Of a DNA stretch of 64,000 bases, positions 24,082 to 36,000 are shown one piece after another. The position numbers were made by a program, and so were the translations under genes. The stretch comes from Ascidiella aspersa (lineage: Eukaryota): assembly GCA_963924565.1 (NCBI GenBank), contig OZ004608.1, positions 35,898,001 through 35,962,000 of the forward strand. Direction: 5' to 3'. The notes beneath the pieces are model-generated. The model worked only from the letters and a program-made list of their open reading frames with translations, ran no database searches and was not told where the DNA came from. Positions within the stretch are counted from its first letter, which is position 1. Each line of letters starts with the position of its first letter.

Positions 24082-27000
24082 CTGTACGACAAGATTAAAC
24101 ACCAACTACATCACCATGTTAAAGAAAACAGCAGGTTACAAGAAATGCCGAATAACTTATTCTTAAAAATAGGAGGAGATATATCTGAATTCAAGCCCTA
24201 ATTTCGAATGAGATGAAACAAATTTACTCGACAACACTTACAACACTAAAAAAATATTTTCACATTAATTGTTAGACAGGGTTTAGATATTCTAGTTACT
24301 AGATTCTAGTAATTGAGTAAACATAGATGTTTACGGAATATAGTTGATAATCAAGTTGTCACACAGTTTATTTTAACCAGGTTAATTAAGAAAAATAATC
24401 ATCAATAAAATCGACATCTAATAGGTTCATTAAGACTTTTGTTATTCATTGCCATGTACAGTATTAATAGAAAATAATCTTACTTTTTACATATTTCAAC
24501 TTACGTTTTCGAACGAAGCACATCACTAGCCCCAATGAAACAAGTAGTAAAACGATGACGATGGGCCATATAAACCATGGAACTCTGTGTTCATCTATTA
24601 ATAAAACAAAGACGTTTTAATAGAGTGCATTAAATGTTTTAACAATACCTAATACGCTTTATAAATCTTCTATTTATACTATGAAGTGTATGTAAAAGAG
24701 AAAATGTTACCTACCAAATTGGTAAAAAGGCCACCTTTTGGGCTTGGAGTCAATGGCCCCCATGTTTGTCAAAATCAATTTTATAAATCCCAATATTTTG
24801 AAGAAAATACAAATTTCTTATGCTTTCAATGCGTCATATGTTTTAATTAAAGTTTTGCCAATTTGAACAAAAAATGCAATTAGTATCAATTTTGGTATTT
24901 TCATTTGGTCTCACTGATGTGAAATCGTTTAATACCGATTTGCTTTTTGTATGATGTCTATTTTATACGTGAGAGGAAACAAGGCACAGGACAATTATAG
25001 AAGGGCAGAAAGCTTAAGAACCACTGGTTTACAAACATTTAGCTTCCCTGACAAAAGTTACCTTCTAATATACCGTTATAACTCAATTTCTTAGTTGCAA
25101 TTAGTTTAGACAGATATCGTGTGCTAAACGTGAATTATAACAAATATTTTCACATCATTTTTATTTTATCCGAATTTTAGTTCCAGGTCACAAATTAAAC
25201 CAATGCATTCGAGTGTTTCATAAATAGTTCACTTTTTGGCTTATGATATATCAGAAGAAGCTTGGGTCGCAAGATTTGACCATTATTAAGTCGTGTTAAA
25301 AAAGGTTGCGAACCACTGGTCTTTTGGAACAGGTGTTGGTTTTGGTAAAATTCTGTTCTTTATAGTTTTAACAAACTACTTGGCAAACGCGAGCTTGTTT
25401 GTAGTTTTTAATCCATTTCCTTGATTTAAACTTAAATAATACAGTGTTTTCTCGGTAGTTCACTATATTTAACTGCAACCCCGGAGGTAAGGCTATAGTT
25501 GAGACAAAAGTTCTTCCGGGAATTAAACGTATGGCAGGTGGGGCAAGTAGTAAAAAATAAACCCTCGAGTTAAAAAATAAATTTTTATGCAAATGACATT
25601 GTAATGCATATTGGGTATAGGTTTGGTTTTGTATGGATATATTACACAGAACTTATTAGCTATTTCTCTTTTTTAATTTAAAGACAATCAGACTATAAAA
25701 CGCTTTTTAGTGACACCATTTACATGAGCTCTATTTACAAACCTTGTATTGCTTCAATTGTGATTTCAAATAATTCACTAAAGGAACTTTGACCAAACTC
25801 GTTGCCAACTGCAACTTTAACTTGGTACAAAGTTGCATTTTCGATTTTCGAGATCTGTAAAATATGTTTAGTCAGAAAATTAGAGCAGAGTGAAAAGCAA
25901 ACAATAATATAACCAAAAAGTGACCAAAGTTTGGTGGATCTATAACAAATATGTAAGCTTTTTTAATTTTTAAAGAAAATAACACGATTCTTTTGGAAAA
26001 GCAGATATCCTTAAAACCAATCTAGCTAGAGGTCAAAATTGTTAAATTGTTACCGCGAAATTGGTGTTACAATATAAATCTAACTAACATTAAAAAGATA
26101 TTTATCCAAAAAGCGTAAAAAACGGGGGATAAAAAATGGATCCAAGAAAGAAAAACGAGAAACAATGTGTTGGTGACTTAATAACTTAATAACTATAAAC
26201 ATCGTTGAATATGCCGGATCTCTAAGCAGTTTATTCTTTAAAATGTCGCATACCTATATACATATTGCGTTCAGACATATTCTTTAGATATATTTTGGAC
26301 ATATATTTATTGTTATATATTACTCAAGTTTTTACAGTAATTAAGGTTGATGTAGCAGACGAATAGGTTTCGTTGTGTCCAAACCACTCGGAACAAACTT
26401 TTCCGTCATCCACCGTTGCATTGTGGCAAAACCGATACTTGACAATATAAATCACTTTTGGATGATCTATCATCCAAAGTGACCAGATAGTTATAATGCG
26501 TGGGCAATTCTTACCTATACATTATGCAACATGAATTAGCTGAACAAATTAATGTTAGTTTTAATACGTAGTGCTTGTTATGTGAACTAATCAGGGGTGG
26601 ATCAGTAATTTTTGTTTCAGATATAGGCACAAACCTTATGACGTAACTATTGGAACATACTATCACTTAAGTCGATTATATAAAAGTGCGTAGAAACATG
26701 TTTGTGTTCAGTTAAACTTTCTGCGAATTCGAAAAAAAACTTTTATCTAGAATTGTGTGGTTTTGCACTTTTCTTACTTATTTTGTTGATCTTACGAGGC
26801 TCCTGCAAATGTTGGTAAGTATAAAGACAGAATAACTGAATAACCCTTACATCAATGGAAACAAAGAGAGCAACGGAAAAAATGCTCAGTCCTGCTTAGA
26901 TTAGCAAAATGTCGCGCTACTCAAGCGGATAGAACTGATAATTAGGGCGATTATTTTTTAAACTTGTCAAAAAAAGTTAAAATTTTGTCAAAATTTATGC

Positions 27001-30000
27001 GTTAGGTCAGAATTTTTTTGTAAATTAGTTAAAGACCAAATAGAATAAAAATTGACATATATCGTTTTTAAAAAAAAAGTAAGATAAAAGTATAGTCACC
27101 TTTTTGAAATAGTCGTTCAGTTAAAAAAAAATTTTAGTTATATTCAACGACATTTTAACATTATTGGTACACGCGAGCTGCCAGAATTAACCACCCAGCT
27201 CTAATTTACCGCATTAGGTTCAGCTTTAACTTCGTTTTTCATCATATAGTTTTTATCTCTATAAATGTATTGTTCTTTTTTGGTTGTGATTTGCAATTAT
27301 CCCATTTCCCATTTCGATAACTAGGTCTTTGTTCACTTTCTGCAATTGTTTTTGCGTTGTATTTTAACTGTTTACAACACATTTTTCTAAAATAACCAGC
27401 GTCTTGTTTTTCTTATGCATTTTTATAGTTGTCTGTATTTTTAAAATGACAAAAATATCAACTAAGCATTTTTATGAGTTTTTTTCCGAAAACATAAATA
27501 ATTTGACCGGGGTCAGTAAAACAACAAAAACGTGTGATTGACGACGCCAAAACACTAATGCAGTGCTTCAAAAAAAAATATGCTGTTTAAATCAATGATT
27601 TTGTAATGGGTAAAATTTTGTCAACAAAATATATTTTTAGGTCAAATAGGTCAAAATTTATCATTTTTTAACTCAAAAAATATTCGCCTACTGATAAGTA
27701 AACTTACAACCTACCTCCTCCCAATGTCTTTCGCGGTTTACTTATTTCACTCGCATTGCTGATTCCATATTTATTGATGGAATATACTCGGTAAACGTAT
27801 TCGTTGTATGGAAGCAAGTTTGAAGCATAACAAGGTTTGTTGACGTCACATTTGAAAGTAAACCAATTATCTTCTTTTTCCAAACGCCCTTCCACCTTAT
27901 ATTGAATGACGTCTGACGATTGGTTGTCCCACGTCAGATGCTGTGACGTGGCGCTCGAATTGATGACGTCAACATGAATCGGGAATGTAGGGAGGTCTAC
28001 ATTATAATTTAAACGAGTTTAACGAGACCCAAATGTAGGATTTTCTCGTGGTAACAAATCACAAAACAATAAAACGCTTGATTGTCTGCCTAATTAACGC
28101 AGTATGAATAATAAAGCAACACGCCAAAGACACCTTGATGTTTAAAAACATGTAAGAAAAAGGTGTTTTAAGTACAGAACTTAATAATATATTTCTTCGT
28201 CTATCGCATAAATATTGAGCTTTTAGATGCCTTATCAACACTGTTAAATATTGAAAGAAGCTGACGCACATACACGTCAACGTAAGAAAAAAAATGTCAG
28301 ATGGAGCGACATATATTTAAACAACCTGTGTGTTTACCAGCTATAGATAGATGTATTGTAGCACAGCTTTGATCAATATTCGTAGAACAACAACACGTGT
28401 AAGCACCAGCTTGACCATCCCCTACTTCTTTTAACTGCAAACCAAAAGTCACATTTTCGTAAGCTTGATTCGCAATGAAAAACTATTGTTCTCCTTCTTT
28501 GGTATTTTATTTTATTTAATTAAGGAACGCTCCTAGTGGCCGCCTTAGCCTTCAACAGAAACGTGCCCCGGTCCTAATTTCAGACCTGATTTTGTTCGTG
28601 GTAATAGTTACTTCTGTTGGTATGCAAGTTTTAAGTTTTTATATTTATCTCATTGTGAGCACTATTTAGGCTATAGGTCTATAGTTCTTGAATAAGAAAC
28701 GAAGTTATTGCAAATTGCAATCATCAATTATGTTTATTAACTTCTAACTGATTTCAGTAGCCAACAACTTAAAATATTATTATAAACGATGTATGTTTTA
28801 CCTGAAGAGTACCATTTACATGATCATAATCTACAACATCAGTTTCAATTCCGCCAATAACATGAGTCCAACTCCATTTTGTCTTAAGTCGTTCATCGTG
28901 TGTTTCGTTACATTGTAAAATTTGATTTTGTCCTCGTAATACTTCAACTGTGTCATTCATTGGTACAGCAACAGTGGGTTCTAAATAAACGTAAAATCAA
29001 AAACGATGTAATTTTAATCACGACAGACGAGTGTGTTAGAACATTTAAACTAAAAACTACTCAATTATGTCACTGCTGCTTGACAAGAAATGTGATCATC
29101 GCATTTCATATAGAAAACGTTATTTTACCATAAACCACAAGTTGTGTAGATTCAGTAATTGTTCCTTTATTGTTTGTTGCCGTACAACTATACGTCCCCT
29201 CATCGGATTTAGAAGTACTTTGAATCAACAATGATCCCTCGGTTAGTGATCCTTTGTTTGAGATTCTGTAAAAATCAAAATATTACCAGCTTTTGCTAAA
29301 TACCATATTAGTAGGCTGAATAAAATTTCGTTCATTTGATTCGTAAGTAATTAATTTATTTACAATGTCGAACACAAAACAAATCAAAAAAACTGCATCA
29401 TCACTAATGTTGGTACAACGATGAATGCAAAAAATCAATATTGAGTATAATAAGGAAAAAATCTATATATTTGTTTGATCTAAAATTAAATATATAAAAA
29501 CTCTTATACTTACTTAAGATTGCTTGTCATGTTAACGCCATCTTTCATCCAATAAATACGTGGTCTTGGGTATCCTTCAACTGTACAATTCAATATAATG
29601 GTCCTAAAATTGTAAAACAACACCAGTTTAAAACGTAGCATAAAACCATCCCGGAGGTTAGTTGTTTAGTCCAGTTAAGCAACTTTAAGTTAATATATTG
29701 GCCTATTTAACAACATTACTCCACTTCGAAAAGACATATTTTTTGCAACTATTTGTCCTCTGTTGCTTTGCTTGCTCGTTGAAATAAAGCACCTAATAAA
29801 GCGTCAATTTTACCTTGAATTCACAAATCGGTGCTGGTCTAGAATCCTACCACAAGAAACATTATTTGGGTTAGGGTGCTGGTTAGCGTTTGGGTTAGGG
29901 TGGGTCAAGTATTATTATTAAATAAAAACATAATAACACTTGACCCACCCACACCCAAATGCTAACCAACACCCCAACTCAAATTTTGTGCGTTGATTTC

Positions 30001-33000
30001 ATAGCTGTGGTAGGATTCTAGACCAGCGCCCTAAAATAAAATATTAAACCCTTAACTTACTTGTTTTTCAGGGATTCTACTTGATCAAAGCCGGTCGCAA
30101 AACGAGGTGAAAGTTCTATGAAAAAAAGGAAAACAATTTATGACTTCACCACAAATTAAAAAAGAAATTGGAAAAAATTCAAAGCTCATTTGCCTTTAAT
30201 TCTAAGCTTGGCATTTGAAGTCAAACTTTCAAGTGGATTTTCGGCAACACATTGATATATTGCCACGTCATCTTCAACAACTTCCGTAATCGTCATTACA
30301 CTTCCGTCTTCTGTTCCCACGCTCGCACTCACACGTGACGTCATCTCAATAGGAGCTTCATTTTTAAGCCACTTATAAGTTGGCTGAGGAATACCTGAAG
30401 CTTTGCAGCGGAATGTCGCAGTTTCGTGAAAATCGACGTTTTGAGAAAATATTCTTCGTTTAAGAAACAGGGGTTCTGAAAGTATTTTGAAATAGCCTTG
30501 AATCTTGGGAAATTGAATTTATACGGATGTACTAAGAGCTTATAGTGAATGGGTTATAGTGAACTTATAGTGACTGGGACTTATGCATCTAGAACAGATT
30601 AGGGCTAAACTGCCAGCCTCGCTAGGTTGCCATGTTACGTGGTGATAAATGTTGATTGTTGATTAAATGTTTGGCCTACCTTCATGGCAGTAGTTTATTC
30701 AGTGCTCAATGCCCATGTGTACTAAATACCAGTAGTGAGCAAATCATTTGCAAAACGAAACAATTTTCTAAACTTAAATATAGTTATTCTTCGCGTTACG
30801 CGGCATTTACTGTTGTTGTAAATTCCACTGTATAATTCCACTGCCCCTTGTGTTGTTATAGAACCCTGTTCATTACTGGCTGTGCATCGGTAGGTACCAG
30901 TGACGTCATGTATGACGTCAGGGAGTTCAAGTTGTCCTGCATCAGTGATCACGTGATTAGAGGGAAGGGATCCGTTGATTTTTGTCCACTTGAGGGTTGG
31001 ATTTGGACTGAAAAAAGATTTTCGTAAAAGTCGGTATAGTTAAATCTTATGAATTGATCGAACAGAAAAACAAAGTTGAAATCTTAATCTTTTAATAAAA
31101 GCGAAACCCATAATTTAAGTTTTGCTACTAGTTTATTCTTACTTGTAATATGTTTGAAATAATATTAGGTAGTGCTTGGTTTATAGTTGGGACCAATTTA
31201 CTAATTTAATTATTTTACAATTTTGTGAAGACTAAAAACGCAAATACTGGGGTGATTCTTTGATGTGATTTTAAGTTTAACAAGAAAGCCTGCTTACTTT
31301 CCACCAGCGAAGCACTCAAGCATGACTGATGAACCCACTTTAGCATACGTCACATTCTTCGGTTTCAAGAGCATTGTTGGAGGATTAAGTTTGTCTAAGT
31401 TAATAAAAAGACAACAAACATAAACAACAATAAGGTCAATTAGGTTAACTACAACATCCGTACTCACCAGACTTCGTTACTTTTAGGTCGATATAATGCG
31501 ATGACTTTTCGATTCGACGACCACTCGGCAAATTCCACTTATCACGAATGAAGCAGAAATATTTATCAGTTAGGTCTGTTGTGGGATTTGCAAAGTAGAG
31601 GGTTCCGTTTTGCGACACGTAATAATCAGCTCTTCCAGGTTTTCCATTGATAATAAAAGCATTAATAGATTCCCAGAAAAAGTACACCGAGTTGTCTGTA
31701 AAATAAACGTGGTTGTAATGTTCACTGGAAATAGGAAACTGCTGAAAACTTCAAAACGGATAAAACGAACATTATTAGTTCATTGAAGTTAAAAACAACT
31801 GTACTTTATAACATGTAACTTACCAGGAGCAAAGTTGGCTGTTTCACATGAAATAGCAATTCCTTTACCAACTTCTACGCTGTATGAAGTTTTACTTCGA
31901 GGTCCAAAATCATTTACAACTGAAAATATATTGGGATATTTTTAATGTTTTTTTCTGTAGCAGTGGTTTGCAACAAAGAGTTTGAATAAAATTTAAATTA
32001 CTTCAAAAACAAGATTCATTCCTCAATTACGCGTACATTTATATAAATGTATATCTTTTTTACCTGTAACGGGTTTGTTCACACTTCCCTCGCTTCTAAC
32101 CGAAAGCTTTAAAGTTGAAATATTTTAACTTTCCGCAACCGAAAGCGTTTTTTACGCTCTATGTACCGACGTTTATCGCATAACACGTCTAGTGCTAACT
32201 AACCTTAACGTTAAAAATTAAATATTAACAGACAACTTTTTTAAGTTTTGCCTTAGTAAAATTAAGTGTTTAAATATTATGGCCAAGGCTGTCTACCGCA
32301 GCATATTCCCAAACAATATGAAAAGCTACTCCTGGCTGATCGTATATGTAGGAGAAATGCAAATCAGTTTTTTTGTACCCGTATCTTTTGGTAGCAGCTT
32401 TGTTCTGTACTTACAAGTGATTTCAAGTTTTGCAGAGTTGCTCAAAGCTGTTCCTTCATCACTCGTTGCCAGGCACTGGTAATTTCCCCCATCTGATACT
32501 CGTAGTGAATTTATCGTCAGTGAACCATTCTTGCTGTTCTTGTACCTCTCTGTATTTGTTAAACAGAGCGTTATCAAAAGCACATAATATAGAAAAACAT
32601 TTTTTTACAGTAAATCATCATATGAAAACACACAGGATGTCTTCAGGGAGGCTTACAGAAACCAGTCATTCTGATCAGTATTGTAGTACAAGAAAGGCCA
32701 GTCTAGAAAAACAACTATTCTGCGGTGAGGATCAAACTCACGACCTCTGTCACACCTGACTCTACGAAAGCATATTTTTTATTCTATAATGTTTGCCGTT
32801 AGAGTTGGCCAGTACAACCCCAGAAGAGCTTGGTCACATAATACACATTGTGTATATGCATGGTTCAGTTGCTAAAAACAACAAATAAATATTAAGCATA
32901 TTTTGATTAAAGAGTTACATCCCAGGAAAATGTAATTACTTTGTCCGTCATACATCAAGAATCATGACAAAACTTCAACACGTAGTCAAGCCCATACAAA

Positions 33001-36000
33001 AGTAGATATCATTTTGAACGTTTCGAATAACTCTTTGGTAATTTATCACATCAGTTCTGTATAGGCTTTGATATTCTTACTACGTCTTACTGAAACCTTC
33101 AACATTTATGCTCCAAAAACTTAACAGTAATAAAAACATTTAATATTTCCATTTGGTCATACCTGGGTTGTTTGCTAAAATATCAAGACTAAACGGTTTT
33201 GCAATTGATGATGAACACAGCGGACTCTTAAAAAACGAAAAGTCCAACAGAGTTTAAAATTACAATTAAAAGCCGATGGTGCAAATATGCTGAACCCAAC
33301 TGTCGTGACGCGTTGTCAAATCTGTAAAATGTTGCTAATAAAGAAGTAGTGACTTTTAAGACTCACCATTTGTAATTATTTTGTGACCATCTTTCATCCA
33401 AGTGGTACTTTGTTTTAATAAGTTTGTTTCACATTGAAATGTTACTTGCTTCGTTCCATCAAAGAGTCTAACATATTGATCACTTGGTTCCCGTAAAAAT
33501 ACATTATCTTAGGAAAGAAATCTGTTTTATAATACGTCTTATATTTTATAACTGCTCTATTTTACAAGTACAAACTAGCAATTTAGTTTCACCTTTTAGA
33601 CTTAGTTTTGCATTTGAATACAATTGCCCAACAATATTTTCAGCCACACATTGATATATTGCCACGTCATCGTCACCAACTTCCGCAATCGTCATCACAC
33701 TTCCTTCTTCGGTTCCCACGCTCACATTCACACGTGACGCCATCTCAATAGGAGATCCATTTTTTAACCATCTATAGTTTACTGCAGATAAACTTGTAGC
33801 CTTACATTGAAACGTTGCTGTTTCACCGTGTTGGACAATTTGCGAGGAGATGTTTGTGACCCAAGTTGGTTTGTCTAAAAACAAACTAGTGTGAATGGCA
33901 AACAAGTTTTTAATGATAAATTGTAAATATGTACAAATCACCAGGTGGTATTCGAAGTCTAAACAAAATCAGGTAGTCGACAAGAAAATGTTTGCAAACA
34001 AGATTTGACTTGCATAGCTTGGTTGGTAGACCAACTATACTGAAACGTTTAGGAAGTTCGAATTATACTGCGGGCTAACGTTTAGGTGACCGATGTCTTT
34101 CGGAGCCTATAGTAAATGACTACCCGGAGTTCTAACGACAGAAATATCTTATCGTTGGTTAACGCCAATTTTAAACATGTTGATCGCGACCCACACGTTG
34201 GGTATGTTGGTTTGGGTCAGTGGTTCCTAACATTTTCATCCCATGGACCTCCTTACGGTGTTTAAACGCCCCCCCCCCTCCTAAAAAACAGAAACAGTAA
34301 ATTTGACAATACGAACGAAGTAGGCTATAAGTCCTTTTAACATTGTAGGCTTTTTGGCCGTTATCCAAGGTATTAGTAATCTACACTGATTGATATTTTG
34401 ATAAAAACAATATATGCAGTGGTAGTAAATACAAAAAGTCCCGCGCATTGTGACGTAATAAATATAAACTGTTCACTCCAGTCAAAATTTTGACTCGTTT
34501 GCGAAAAATACATTTACTGTTTATACTTTGAAGGGGGCTCTGCTCAGAACCTGCGTCAATATGCATGCGCGGTTTCACCCCCAACTAAAACGTGCTTGTT
34601 TTGGTTAAATTTAAAATTCCCACATAGAATTTTGAAAGTCTCTCTGTGGGGTAAATTCACCCCGGTTGAGAACCTCTCGTTTAGGGTATACTTGTCTAAT
34701 TACAATGAATTGAGCGTATAAAATATGTGACTACAATTAAGCGTATGAAATCGGGCTGACCAGGTTTGTCACCAAACATATTCTAACTGTTATAATCACC
34801 TGTTATCTCCAGTCTACCACTTGATGTCACCCTATCCAGATTGTTTTTAGCCTCACACTCGTAAACTCCAGCCATATCCCCTGTGACGTTATGCAGCTCA
34901 AGTTGTCTCGCGCGCGTGATCACGTGACTTGAGGGAAGGTGACCATTAACCTTTCTCCAAACGATGTTCGGCGTGGGGCTGAAAAGTTAAATACAACACT
35001 GTAGGGAATAATGTTTGGTGTTTGTGCAAAACATTTTCAAAACCATGAGCTAATTTTGGCAGTATTTGACATTTTATGCTTCACAACATTATTTAATTAA
35101 TTTTTATCACTCGTACAAGCTACACTTACTTTCCACTGGCAAAACATTCCAAAGTTATGGTTTCACCAACAAAAACATAGGTGGTTGGTTTTGGTTGCAA
35201 CATCATTACTGGCCCATGATGTTGTTCTAAGAAACAGAAAAGCTGTATGAGATACATATTTCTTTAATAAGAATTACAACACATCATATTTTATTTACTT
35301 TTTCCAGTAACTGAAAGATCAATACGAGGTGAGTTGTACTCCCTATAAATATCAAAGTATGGCTCCTTCCCAGTAATGTAGCAAGTATAACTGTTCGAGT
35401 CAGCAATTGTTGGGTTGGAGAGATAAAGAGTTCCATCAGTTTGCGACACGTAGTACTCGGGTGTGCCCGGTGAACCAAGTTGGTTGTAGTTTTCTTTCTT
35501 CTCCCAAAGGTAATGGACCGAGTTTTCTAAATCAAAGTACGACTTAGTGATTTCAAGGATCTTTACGGTATGCTATAAAAATAATAGATTTGCTCTTACC
35601 TGGCGAAAAGTTAGCTCCATCGCACGTTAGATTCACACCAATACCTTGCTTAGTCGTAACACGTGAGCGAGTTTTGCCTTTAAAAGGTCTAAAGTCTAAA
35701 CAGAGAAAATCGACACAAAAGAAAACAACATAAAGCTGGGCAAAGATGCATGATTGCTTGATTTTCCACTAGGCGACGCGTTAAGCACATTTTTACCAGT
35801 AATTTAAAAATGTGCCTTTGTAAACTATCACTTATCGGTATATTTTTTACATATAATATAATAACAGCTGTTGAAAACGCTAGCTTTGAAAAAAGCACAA
35901 AAACTTTGAATAGCTCGTAAAACGGTACAATTGGTTTGATTTTTTTATAAGCAAATTAAATCACTCACATTTTGTCTCGAGAAATGCCACATTGCTTAGC

